A program made the position numbers and the translations under genes. DNA of 64,000 nucleotides, taken from assembly GCF_037042905.1 (NCBI RefSeq), contig NC_087252.1, forward strand, positions 21,516,001 through 21,580,000, written 5' to 3'. Shown piece by piece: positions 24,611 to 36,540 of this stretch. How positions within the stretch are numbered: position 1 is the stretch's first letter; every line of letters begins with the position of its first letter. The stretch comes from Lytechinus pictus. Its lineage: Eukaryota. The notes below the pieces were generated by a model that saw only the letters and a program-made list of their open reading frames with translations, searched no databases and was not told where the DNA came from.

Positions 24611-25128
24611 ATCATCATCAATGTGCATGCACATTGCTGTCGGTTACTTTCATTCCTTACTTGATAGATTCTAGAGCTATTATTTTTCTTACGGCTTCAA
24701 TGAATATCAATGCGTTCTCTTTACCAATTAGAACTGCATCACATAAATTTTGGAGATTGGTCTTGTTATTACATCAGTGCTTATTACTGAGTGATTTCAG
24801 GTGAAAAATATCTTGTTTCAATCTATTTTATATCAGGTAGAAGAATATCACCACAATTTCTATTCCATGAAGATGCTTCATTTTCATACACATGCAATAG
24901 CATTTATGACAAAAACTGAAGAGTTTGGCTGAGACTTCAAATTGTTGATATACATTACAAAAAGAGAAAATCGCCTCTTCCTAGTCTTCCATCATACCCA
25001 CCAGATCCTTTTTCTTTAATTGTTCAATAATCTATATTTCAAAAGCTTCACAAAGCATATAATCATGACATTCTGTATACACTGCACATTCATAGACATA
25101 TTGTAGTAAAGCATGCCTTAGAAAAAAC

Positions 25129-25775
25129 CAGTATATAAACTGAACCACCTGTCAACAAGGCAAGAACTATGCGCTACCGAAGACTTGATATTTATTTCTC
25201 CTCAAATAGAGTCCCTATAGGAGTGTACACATTTAAAACCTGCCCATCAAGACCACTTACCATGTTGGCTTTCAGCAGTCTTTCTAGTTTTCCTTTGATT
25301 TCTGTGGAAAGCAGTCTTTTTAGTTTGCCTGAGTTCTGAGGAACATGGATTCTCATTGGATTATAGACATTGGATTATTACAACCTGTCCATGAAGAGAG
25401 CGTTAATGTTTAATTCCAGCAGTTTTTGTTGTGTACTCTTGAATTCTGAGGTATGTGGTTTTTCATCACATAATAATTTTGAAGTATACCTGTCCATAAA
25501 AACCACTTTTAATGCTTCTTTTTAGCAGTCTCTTTAGTTTTCCTCTGGATTGTGTGAAATGTAATTCCTTATTCGAGTATACCCTTAATTAAGGTAAACC
25601 TGTCTATAAATGATCACCAGCCCATAAAGACTATATTTCATCTTTCTTTTTAGCAATCTTTGTTAACCTTTTTGTTTTTTATTCTGTGGAATGTTGTTTA
25701 TCATTGGATTGTATAAACTTCAGAAAAGACCTGTCTTAATGACCACCAGTCCATAAAGACTATGTTTCACACCAG
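25129..25775. repeat. Degenerate tandem array (~90-145 bp units) of ACCTGTC-ATAAAGACCAC motif
   Basis: Motif at about 25148, 25238, 25383, 25488, 25598, 25729, mostly followed by AGCAGTC..TTCTG-GGAA; looks like an amplified Tc1/pogo-type TIR motif. Confidence 0.6.
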
Positions 25776-25871
25776 CATGGAGTGTTTTTAGGTGTCACTT
25801 CAGCTAGGCTAGAAATCATCCTTAAAAGAAAAATAATGTGCATTATTAATGTTTATATCAATATTTATATT

Positions 25872-26020
25872 ATATTGGATAGCTCAGAATGGAATGCCAG
25901 AAATATTCCAAGAGTTTGGGCAAATATTCCATAAAACTAGGCTGAGTGGAATATTGGCCCTAATGAGTGGAATATTTTTGGTATTCAATGAAATAAAGCC
26001 ATCCAATATGATTATTATTA
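25872..26020. mobile_element. Long imperfect hairpin, probable terminus of a Crypton-like non-autonomous element
   Basis: Nested arms ATATTGGATAGCT/AGCCATCCAATAT, GAATGCCAGAAATATTCCA/TGGAATATTTTTGGTATTC, GGGCAAATATTCCA/TGGAATATTGGCCC. Confidence 0.55.
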
Positions 26021-26108
26021 TCTATCCCACCCCCCAGAAAAAAAAAGAGAAATTTGATTGAGCCATTCGTGTCATTTACCACATGGCATCATCACTTTGT
26101 AAGATTAA

Positions 26109-26491
26109 AGGTATTGTTTAACTTTGTGAGCAGCTGATTTAAAAATTCTCAAACCAAAATGAAGATGAAACATGTGTACAAGTGCATGTATTAGAACTAA
26201 TAAACCCTGAAAACAACCATTATTGAGAATGAAAAGCTAAAACTACAAGGCAAACCCCGATTTTGTAAACAGGCGTCTTATAGACGCCTAAATAGTACAC
26301 ATAAGTGTATGGGATGAAATTAAGATGGTGTTTTCGGTCACTTTATATTTCAATTTTTGAAGCACTAAATAATTATTTTCGAACGCAATTTTTTCTGGGC
26401 TTCATTTTTGTAACATATCACAGACACAGGTGACAAGTGTGACCTTCTAGCTCAGATTTTTTAAAAGTCAAACCAATGTTAACCAATCACT
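26109..26491. mobile_element. Kolobok-like MITE
   Basis: TTAA-AGGTATTGTTTAAC .. GTTAACCAATCACT-TTAA; short imperfect TIR, AG..CT termini. Confidence 0.7.
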
Positions 26492-27830
26492 TTAAGTTTG
26501 ATCATTGAAATGTGACTTTAATATGTGTGTTTATTATGAAGTAATTGAGAATCATTGTGGTCTATGCTGCACATGGCATTGCATTCATTGTTATACGCGT
26601 ATTTCACGCACTAGCGCGTGCACACTTGACTGTTGAATACGGTCTCATATTGAACAGCAAGATTTGTACAGGAGCCTATGGGATATTCATTAGATTTCGG
26701 TCCTTTTAGGGATACACTCTGGTATTGAACGGGTAATTGATGCAGACCAAAATATGCATTTTCTTATTCATTGCTAAACGATCTATATTGATACTATTTG
26801 CTCTTACTCCACATCTAAGGTAGATGTGTGATCCCATGTGTGCCTTTACATGTTCGGTTTCTGTGAACATCAGCAAAATTATTGCTTTATGCATTGGTAT
26901 GTGCATGTTAAACAGAACATCATACTTTCCTGTAAATCTAGCACTAATAGAAATTGGTATTTAAAAAAAAAGATAATGAAATATGAATTATTCCCCCTCA
27001 AGGATTTCGGAAATAATCATGTATGAACAAGTTATCTACATTTATCCCATTAAATCAATTATTTCATTCAATATACTCTTTACATTAGGAACCATCCACA
27101 TCAAGTAGGTAATCATAGTTATGGAGCACACAGAGAAATGCTTATTTTTTGCATCAGAAATTTTTTTTTGTAGTTACATCACCCCCACCCCCCCTGTCTT
27201 ATCATTAATCACTTCATTGTGATTAATGTCTTTGTTTCTATGAGCCGTATTAGATTGCATAAATGAATTACTGTTTTGGACTAAAAGTTGTAATATGAAA
27301 TGCCATGTTCACATGGTGCAATTCATACACTATCATTAGACCCCCAGCCTATTGCAATTGTTCTAACTAGCTATCTAACTTTCTGATCATATCTCAGATT
27401 TTGATTATTTTTTCCATTTCATACTTTTTAATTAAAAAAAATCACATTAATATGATAATAGGATGAACACGTTTAGAGAACATTACACGTATTTTCTATA
27501 AATGCATTATTCTATTATATATTGTCTGTTTTTATCAGTATACACCAAGTCCTAGATCTGTAGGCGTTGCATCATATGCAACTAGGTTAAACCCTCTGGC
27601 CATGATATCATTTGTCTTGCTACATCCAAATGGAATTATTTGATATCTTAATATATTAAAGTTTACACAACTGTCTGAGTAAGTAGGTTAGGGTCATGAT
27701 GTTGAAAGTTTGATACATATATTTTTATTACCCGAGTTTACTTATTCTCTTGTAACAGGTACAGTCAGTAGCATTTGTTAACATCCCCCCGGCCCCCAAA
27801 ATAGAAAATCCATATTTTAAATTATTGTTC

Positions 27831-28062
27831 GAAACAGAAATCAGAACAGAAATCCTCTGAATATTTTGTTTTGCCCAATTGATCGTTGGCCGGGCAGCCA
27901 CTGTGCAGCGCCAGATCGACGTAAGCATGTATTGTTGAACGCCAAACGGGGTAGCAGCAACTCCCATCTTTTAAAGTCTTTTGGTCTGACGCGGCCGGGG
28001 CTTGAACTCCTGACCTCCCGGTTGTGAGACGGACGCTGTACCGACTGAGCCAGCACACCGGT
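27831..28062 (-). mobile_element. tRNA-derived SINE, third body type (possibly SURF1-like)
   Basis: On minus: A-box TGGCTCAGTCGG, B-box GAGTTCAAGCC, body GTCAGACCAAAAGACTTTAAAAGATGGGAGTTGCTGCTACCC, tail of TTTCTG repeats. Family name is from memory. Confidence 0.8.
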
Positions 28063-28463
28063 AGATTCAATTCCATAATGTCAAGCTTACTTGAAATGGT
28101 AGATCATGAATGTTCTCTGGCCCTAAATTTATATGTATATGTCTGAAAGTAATTTATTTGTGCTTATGGCTAAGAATTTTCAGCTTTGATTACAGAGAAC
28201 TTTGGATAGGCCAATTCCGTAAGATAATCAACCTCTCTATGTCTGCCCCTCGATTTCATCCATTTTAGGTCAATTCATGAATTACTTGAGTCTCAAGCTG
28301 TTATAATTTGAATGCATAGACATGTTCTATTGATTGTAGAAGTGAATGAATTCTTTTAATTCATGAAGCTTTATGATATAATAGTGTGTATACTACTACT
28401 ACCCCATCTCTTACATGCATTGGGGATTACAAACATATGTTTCCTGTGTAAGTGCATCTTTAA

Positions 28464-28959
28464 AGGGGAAGTTCACCCTGACAAAAAGTTTATTGTAAAA
28501 ATAGCAGAAAAAATAATAAAAAATATTGCCGAAGGTTTGAGAAAAATTCATCAAATAATTAAAAAGTTATTAGATTTTCAATTATTTGATTTGTGACGTC
28601 ATGTGCGAGCAGCATTCCTACATAGCGAATGGTAAAAAATCAATGAAATGTCATTTTCTCAGAAAATTGAAAATGGTTTTCACTGTACCTTTTGTATATC
28701 AATAGACAAATCATTTCACACCCGATCATGAATAGAAAAAAAATTAAGTCATCAGGAACCATACAAAATTTGAAATTCATGCATTTTATATTACATAACA
28801 CATGGGGCAGCTGCTCGTTTATGACGTCACAAATCCAAAACTTTGAACTCTAATAACTTTCTTACTCTTTAACGGATTTTCATCAAACCTTCACCAATAT
28901 TTTTTACTATTTTTTCTGCTATTTTTACAACAAAGTTTTCTTCAGGGTGAACTTCCCCT
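28464..28959 (+). mobile_element. Kolobok-like MITE, intact
   Basis: TTAA-AGGGGAAGTTCACCCTGA .. TCAGGGTGAACTTCCCCT-TTAA, TIR extends over 100 bp. Confidence 0.9.
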
Positions 28960-29425
28960 TTAAGTTCGCTCCTTGCAATTATGGCTTAATCCATCCTGAG
29001 CATTATCATTCTCTCCGTATTATAATATCTTTGTGTGTGATAATACAGCCTTAAAGAGAAGCCTGAGGTGATGGTGTCAGCTTGGATCTTATAAAAACTG
29101 AAAAATGAGAAACATGTTATGAAGGTTTGCAAAAATCCATCAAAGAATGAAAAATGTATGGATTTTCAAGTACTTATTTTGTGATGTCTTATGTTACTAC
29201 AAATTAGGTTGTACAATATTAATTCTATAACATGTAGTTTTCTCATAGATTTGCGAATGAGTTCACTTGTCTTTGAACCACAAGGTCTGGGGTTCACATC
29301 GTACTGCAAATTTCACATCCTTTGGCAAAGCAGTTATCAACAAGTGCCATGTGTATGGAATAGTCATCTGGTTATAGAAATGTAGTTTGTTTTGTGTGAT
29401 TGTGCAGCTTAAAGTTCTCACTGTC

Positions 29426-29721
29426 AATAATATAATAATATAAATAATATAGGATTTGTATTATTGTATAGTGCACGTATCCACCTTGCTAGGTGCTCAA
29501 GACGCTCCTACATTACCCCAGCTAAGCTAGTCTACCGATTCTGGTGCGCACAGCTTTTTGAGGAATTACTTCCTGCCGGTACCCATTTACTTCACCTGGG
29601 TCGAGTGCAGCACAATGTGGATAACTTTCTTGCTGAAGGAAAACATGCCATGGCTATGATTCGAACCCACGACCCTCTGTTTGAAAGCCGAGAGTCAGAA
29701 CCACTAGACCATGATGCGCTC
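29426..29721 (-). mobile_element. SINE family A, full length
   Basis: Reverse complement of 1200/7791 copies including head (GGTTCGAATC) and (TAT)-rich tail. Confidence 0.9.
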
Positions 29722-30507
29722 ACTTGATCACCCAATTATATTCATAATTAATCTGGCATACAGGATCAAGTGATCCTTTCTACTCAGAAAGCAGTGGACT
29801 TTGTGTGTTTTCGCCTGTTTATATTAAGAAATAAGAAATAATTTTATTTTCACTCTCCCTCAACTAAAAAATATTCATATTGCATCTTGCATACAAGAAC
29901 TAATGTTGATTCTTTTCGCTTACGTAGCAGCACGTTTTGTGCGGTAGCGCAGCTTTAATTTCTCGCCTGTCAATAATATTCATAATCCACCTTGCATACA
30001 CGGTGTAATTCCCATCCTTATCCCCCTCTCCGAGCCACACAGTGACGTTTTCTAAGACATTTCGTGCGTGGTGCGAGTGGGTGGGAGTCGTTCACGCTTT
30101 GTGGTTCTAAGGATCACGTTATGGTATTTGACTAAACCCTTATAATTGAATTTAGGAGCATAGATGATGTCTATTGGATGAAAGGAGGAGCAGCGTCGCC
30201 TTAGATGTGTTCAGCCGAACGTAAATGGTGGCCAGAGACTGAACTCATCCTACTCAAAATCAAGATGGATGTCTATATATCACAATGTGATATATATATA
30301 TGTTCCATAGTATGATAATGTCTGTGTCATAGTCGAATATATAAATAGATATATGTTTCATAATGTATGATGTGTATGTCACATTGTATGATAATGTATT
30401 CCATGTCGTGGTTGTAGCCAAATTGGAAGCATTTTGATGCATGTAATAATGAATAATAATAGCACTTGACACTTATTATCAAAAGTCTATACAGTAATGC
30501 AGTATAG

Positions 30508-30712
30508 TTACCCTGGCTTAAGCAGTAGAGTTACGTGCAAATATGGTGTTTCGGGGAATGAAGTCTCCATTTATTTCACCTGGGTTGAGAGCAGCACAAA
30601 TGCACAATATGGACAGTTTCTTGCTGGAGGAAATTCTCACCTGGAGGTTGATTTGGACCCAAGACCCTCTGATTAAGAGACCCGGGTCATAACTACTACA
30701 CCACTATGCCTC
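30508..30712 (-). mobile_element. Old degraded SINE of the A/B group
   Basis: TTACCCTGGCTTAAGC, CATTTATTTCACCTGGGTTGAGAGCAGCACA, TTTCTTGCTGGAGGAAA, GACCCTCTG in family order. Confidence 0.65.
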
Positions 30713-31163
30713 CTTTGTAAGAGCAGTTCTAATTGGCCGATAGTCGGTCTCTATGGAACACAATGCTTTAGTAACAATGATTTTGATTAGCGGCGGCTGT
30801 CATTTTGCAATTGATTAAAAATCTTTTGTTCCAAGTGCCCAGGTTCATTAACAGATATTAAAATACAGATGTTTGACAATACCTCTGTTAAACTGACTTC
30901 CAGCATTACTGACAATGCTATGCCATATACATTCGACTAGCATTGGTAGAAGTACACACGTGGGCAATTCATGATATACTGCCTTCTTGATAAGCTATTG
31001 AGAAGTGGATACATGACAATTGACGCTATAATTAGTGGCAGAGGAGGAGAAATTAGGTCTGAAAACGTTTTGTCCTTGGCCAACACAAAGGAAGTCGTGA
31101 ATTCATATCTGAGATATTACTCTGATGAATGGCCAATGCACTGAGCATATCTATACCATACAC

Positions 31164-31387
31164 CACTGGCGGATCCAAGGGGGGGGGGGCAAAGCCGGCC
31201 CGTGCTCCCCCCTTTTGAGAGGCACATTTAAAATTTGTAATGTAAAAATGCCGTTAAAACAGAAGTGTGCCCCCCCCCTTTGAAAGTGAAGACCCCCTTT
31301 TTTTTGCTTGTCAAATCTATTTTTTGTGGATGACATGTCCTTATATTTTGCCCCCCCCCCCTTTGGAAAATCCTGGATCCGCCCCTG
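31164..31387. mobile_element. hAT-like MITE with 8-bp TSD
   Basis: CACTGGCGGATCCA / TGGATCCGCCCCTG; TSD CCATACAC (31156-31163) / TCATACAC (31388-31395). Confidence 0.85.
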
Positions 31388-32240
31388 TCATACACCCAAT
31401 TTCCAACGCATATTTATATCATGGCTCATGGCAGCGTTAATTGTGATTGGTGAAAGGATTGGATTATAAGTACACTGTTAAAAACTATGGTTTCTGGATG
31501 ATGTTGAAATATAGATTTAGTTTAGAAGATCTGCTTTTCATTACCAATTTTATGCTGTTTGCAAATATTCTAAAGCTATATTTAAAATTTTAGAGCTATT
31601 TGCATTTATTACATTTTTAAGCTATAAAAAAAACTTGCTGTGATAGCGATATTAGCGTCTTTGGATGATGTGTTTGCTTTATAAAATAACGCCTTCATTA
31701 CTTTTATTATCATTATTATTTTAATCTTATAAAAAGCCATGTAAATGGGAAAGAAACACTTGGATGTAGTTCACTCTATAAATAGAAGATCCACTGTTTC
31801 CTTTACAAATGCACATTTCTTAGAAAAACCACATACATACGTGAATCCAAAACATTTCTGATTTTCAGTATTTTAGTTAGAATGTAGTGCTTCATCCACA
31901 AGATCTGTTGCTTCATCATTTTCTTCGTACTTAAACAATTGTCTATTCCTAAAGGTTGCTATTAAAACCCAAGCTAACTTAATTTACAATCGTCAAGGTT
32001 CTCTAATGAATTCCTCTTTAATGCCTCTTTTACCAGATTTTCTGTCAAAAACCTTCAACATTGATGCCGAATTCAGAGAGGGTAATGGTTCGACCAAATG
32101 TCACTTCATTTGTTGAATTTGGAAAGATCAGCTGTTTTTCTGCAAAAGAAGTTCCCTCGTAACCTTTTGTAACTTAATTCAGCTAGTTGAATCGCTATCT
32201 GCAGATGGCAGTGAACTTATGTCAAATTGGCCACCTGTTT

Positions 32241-32442
32241 GTCGAAGGGGAGCGAGGGTTTTCTATACAATGGGAGGGGACGTGGGAGGGGTAATAGACT
32301 TACAGGGGAGACATTCTTAAAGTATTTAAATAATCAGTCAATCCTCATTTTTTAGTAACTCCTATTTTTTTGTCAAAGCGGAGTGAGGGTTTTCTATGAG
32401 TGGAAGTGGGACAGGTATTAGACTTACAGGGAAGATTGCTTT
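32241..32442. repeat. Two-copy diverged duplication, period ~131 bp
   Basis: GTC-AAG-GGAG-GAGGGTTT(T)CTAT..GGTA-TAGACTTACAGGG at 32241 and 32372. Confidence 0.7.
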
Positions 32443-33576
32443 ATTTTATAAATTGTCATTTTCTCAGTAATTTAAGAAGGTTATGCTTTTTCTAAGAGGG
32501 GAAATTGATAGTGGGGGTTTGGCTACAGTGTACCACCAGAAATGACAATTGTTACTTTTGTTCTATTAGGTGAAAACTTGCTGGTTTAGTAAAAAAAAGT
32601 TTTTCTCACATTGTATTACTCTCAGTGAAAAGTGAAATTCCAGGTTTGCACGGAAAATAACTTTTAACCCTTATAACACATGACATTCCTCATCTAAGCT
32701 TATTGTCATTAATTGGAGGGAGAGAGAAAATAATTAAAGTAAAAGGAAATAAATTTGGTATTGTTTGGCAAAGAAAAAAAGAAATAAAACTCATGAAAAG
32801 AAGATATCTGTCTGTACATTGGCCTACATATATGAACATATCAGTAATGCCCGAGATTTATTCGTATTGTAACTTGGTATCATTTTTCATTAGTAATTTA
32901 TTTGTTATCGAACAATGAATGAGTCAGTCCCCCAGAAAAAACTGACCAGTCAGCTCGTTTTCAAATTTAATCTTTGATTATTAGAGTCAAGTATTGGCTT
33001 GTCGCTTAATTGGGGCACCTAGTGTAGAGAGTGATTATCAAAGCTTATATGACTAGAAACTTCATATGATATCCAATATCGTGTTAATTTGGTACCAGAT
33101 AGGAGAAAATCAAATTTCGTCAGTGCCACTCAGATTTCAATTGATCCTTAATTTTTCTCCACAAAGGGGTCGGCGAACATCAAAGGTCCAGTGTTGGTTA
33201 TCATTATGATTTGTTCACTAGCTGCAAATTGGCAATTTTTAAGGCCGGCCCACATTGTTATGACTTGTTTCCTGTAATCTCATACTTCATAGGTGTTTTT
33301 ATTGTGACAGTATGTGATTAGAATTGAGTCTCCAGCCTTTTTATTTTGTTAGCCTGGCCATTCGACTAATTCAGTTTATATATAAATATGCATCCTTGCA
33401 TTTTGTGCTTCCTACTCCCTATGGTAATGTGTAAATCCAGACACCATTTTGGTGCCCATTTCACTCCTGGGTTGAGAGAGGCAAATTCACATCTTGTTAA
33501 TCTCCATTCTGCATGTAGATCATTAAAAGATGGAAGTGATCTCTATTTTAAAATGCTTTTCAAATAATGTAACTAA

Positions 33577-33823
33577 GGGGGTGTTTCACAAAGATTTGGT
33601 GGTGTATAAAAGTTGCTCTTAAGTTAGCAGTAGTGTGTGGTATGAATTGCATTGCTTCACTGATTAAATCAGTGCTAAGGGGATGCTTGTTACTGTGTAT
33701 TATTCGATTAATTTTTGTGTTAAATATCACATGCATGTCACCACTTTTAAGTGGTGACATGCATGTTATATTAAACTTAAAGTATAACTTTAAGTCTCAC
33801 TTTATCATTTGTGAAAACACCCC
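33577..33823. mobile_element. PIF/Harbinger-like palindromic MITE (GGGGTGTTTCACAAAG termini), diverged
   Basis: TIR shared with 42355 and 56941; flanks TAA / TGA. Confidence 0.7.
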
Positions 33824-34209
33824 TGATCATCCCAAAACCAGCTCATTGATATAAAATAGATAAAAAAAAAGAAAATCAGTATTCATTGAGTTAATGACCA
33901 ACTCAATCACCTGATGCAGGTAAAATCTTTCTTCGACCCGATAATCACTAACCCAGAAATGTCTTTGCAATTTTACCCTGCCTGTGTTTTAATGGTGGCA
34001 GCGGTGGGATGGTTTAGGGGCAAATGTCAAGTTTCTACCTCAACTCTCTTCTGAAATGTGACTATTGCCCCAGATTAATATGTCATTCGATTAAAACAGA
34101 AAGAGGCCCAACCGTAGATTTGCAGTTGAACACATTTTATTGAAAATCAAGATTTTTTTTATTTTTTATTTTTCTGTGTAGTCAATTATTTAATATCGTT
34201 TGCATTCGC

Positions 34210-34245
34210 TATAAATACATGTTGTAACCTGTCTTTTCTCACTCT
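34210..34245 (+). promoter_or_regulatory. Candidate TATA box plus Initiator core promoter
   Basis: TATAAATA starts at 34210; TCACTCT (fits YYANWYY) has its A at 34241, placing TATA at -31. Confidence 0.4.
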
Positions 34246-34253
34246 GAACAATG
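34241..34253 (+). other. Candidate 13-nt first micro-exon
   Basis: ACTCTGAACAATG followed by consensus donor GTAAGT at 34254; would splice over 164 nt to the acceptor at 34417. Confidence 0.3.
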
Positions 34254-34417
34254 GTAAGTCGTAACTGAAATTTATGATGGAATACTTTGCTTCTAATTGC
34301 TATTTTCTTATTAATATTAACCAGCTTTTGACAAACATGAAGATACTTCTAATCAATGAAGTATGTTACTTATTTTCAACTATATATTATCTTTATATTT
34401 TTTCTTTGAATTTTCAG

Positions 34418-34831
34418 ATTCTGCTTTTGGTCATCCAACAACACGGAACAAACTATTTTTGCATCTGATTTTAGTGGATTTTTGTGAATTCAAGTGATTA
34501 TCTTTTGGAGTCGAGTGTGAACCAAGGAATTTGTTTATAAATTACAAAAGGCATATAGTGTGTGTACCAGGAAACATTTTGGAGACTGAAGGCAATAACT
34601 GTTCTGGCAGTGGACTTCTTTTTTAGCGCTGCCTTTCTGAGGATTTCATAGTGATCGGTGGCCTCAAGGTTTTATACAGCTAGTCTTGATGGCCGGATGA
34701 GGGCAAACGTTGCTGGACTGGATGATAAGCAAGCTGCGCCCGGGAACGGAGTGGAAACATGGCATGCAACGTGTGGTGGATGTTGTTGATGTTGCTGAGT
34801 TGCTGTTTGTGGATTGGAACACACTCACAAG
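34418..34831 (+). other. Candidate exon: 5' UTR plus signal-peptide coding segment
   Basis: Polypyrimidine acceptor TTTTTTCTTTGAATTTTCAG|; no ATG in 34418-34688; donor CAAG|GTAGGA; composition changes to intron-like GA repeat right after. Confidence 0.65.
34759..34831 (+). CDS. First coding segment of a secreted or membrane protein: signal peptide MACNVWWMLLMLLSCCLWIGTHSQ, phase-1 intron follows
   Basis: Kozak AAACATGG; in-frame upstream stop TAA at 34726-34728; hydrophobic core followed by small residues (T-H-S); exon ends one base into codon 25, as is common for signal-peptide exons. Gene identity cannot be determined. Confidence 0.65.
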
Positions 34832-34860
34832 GTAGGACGCACAATTCTTTCATTTTTGTC

Positions 34861-35300
34861 AGAGAGGGAGAGAGAGACAGGGAAAGGAGGGGGGGGGGGA
34901 GATTGAAAACAGAGGGGAAACAGGGAAGAGAGATGGAAAGAGAGGGGAAGAGGGGCAAAGAGAGGGGAAAGTGGGGGAACGAGAGGGGAAGAGGGGCAAA
35001 GAGAAAGGGAAACAGGGAAGAGGGATGGAAAGAGAGGGGGAAATAGGGGTACAGAGAGGGGAAAGTGAGGGAAAGAGAGGGGAGGAGAGGGGAAAGTGAG
35101 GAAAAGAGAGGGGAAGAGGGACAAAGAGAGGGGAAAGAGAGGGAAGAGAGTGGGAAAGAGGGGGAAAGAGTGGAAGAGAGAAGGAAAGATGGGGAAAGAG
35201 GGGGAAAGAGGAATAAAGAGATAGAAAGAGAGAGGGAGCGAGATAAAGTGGAAGGGGGGGGGGAGAAAAGACAGAAAGAAAGAGGTAAGAAAGTGGAAAA
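34861..35300. repeat. GA-rich tract with degenerate GAGAGGGGAAA units
   Basis: Direct inspection. Confidence 0.9.
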
Positions 35301-36145
35301 GAAAATTTTGGAAAATGCAATATATTTGTCCAGTGATAGTGTATTACAAGCTGAGACAGAAGGAGATTATGGTAACGGTAAACAGTGCACTCTGGTCGGC
35401 CCAGATAATTGCATACTCAAGGGGGTTAACAAATTGTCCTTATTTTTGTGCCTAAAATGGTGATTTGACCTTTTAGGTGGAAGGTTCAAAATTACCTTTT
35501 TCTGCACCGAACTATTTCAGAACTGTAAGAGAACAGAAGTAAACACTTTGGTATTTCGAAGGAATCTCGTATTGTTCATTAATGTTGATGAAAATTGACT
35601 TATCTGAATCAAGGATTAAACACACAAGAGGTTAGAAATGTCTTAACTTATATATTACCTACTGACCTGTGACTGGACGATAGAATTGCTTTGTACATGT
35701 ATGCTCCATATATTCCAAATGAAGAAATATTAGGTAAATTAGGTTAAAAGACAGAGGGAGAAATTGGATGGGAGTGGGATGGAAAAAAAAACAACAACAA
35801 TGTGCAGAGATAGAAACAGAGAGAGAGGGGAAATTATATTGCAAGAGAAAGAGAGAGAAAGAAGAAAAATACTGAAATAAAATAAGTTAGAAAGGAAATA
35901 GGATTGATTTTTGAGTGGGCATCAGACAAGTGAGTTAAAGAGTAAAAGATATATGAAGGAAAATCAAAAGAAGATATGAAGATAGAGAAAATGAGATAGA
36001 GGGAGAGAGTGAGGGGGAAAGGAGAAAGAGATAGAGATGAATAAATAGAGTGTAAAAGAGAGTAAGCAAAACAGAGAGTGAGCAAGAGGAGAGAGAGAGA
36101 GATCAAGTAAACCTTTCTGAAGGTATATATACATCAACTCTTTAA

Positions 36146-36540
36146 AGGTAAATTCCAGTTTTGGTAACGATCTCAAAATGACTTTTTACAGAATCTAATA
36201 TAATGACCACCCAAGTGTCTGTTTGTATGAATAAAAAATATGTGCTAAAGGATTCTGGAAGAAATTGTGTAATTGCTGAGAAATAAGCAATATAAGCGCG
36301 GATTCGGTCACTTCCGTCGGGTCTTTATTCCAGCAATAATAATACACTGTCCCACGTGTGCCTATCTGTGTTGGCGATCTTCAGTGTGATCGTATTTCAG
36401 CTTAGATTTTATGATTTCACAAAGTTCAATTCATGTAACTGTACCAGATCTAGATCCACGATTATATAGTCATACTTAACCTTGGTTTTACAGACTTTCT
36501 CACAAAATTAGTGTTTTACTGCAACTACGTTCATTTAGCT
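36146..36540 (+). mobile_element. Kolobok-like MITE
   Basis: TTAA-AGGTAAAT .. ATTTAGCT-TTAA. Confidence 0.7.

Noticed and set aside
34832..35046. Continuation of the 95-aa ORF starting at 34759
   Set aside because: Past the GT donor it reads into a GA repeat; treated as intron.
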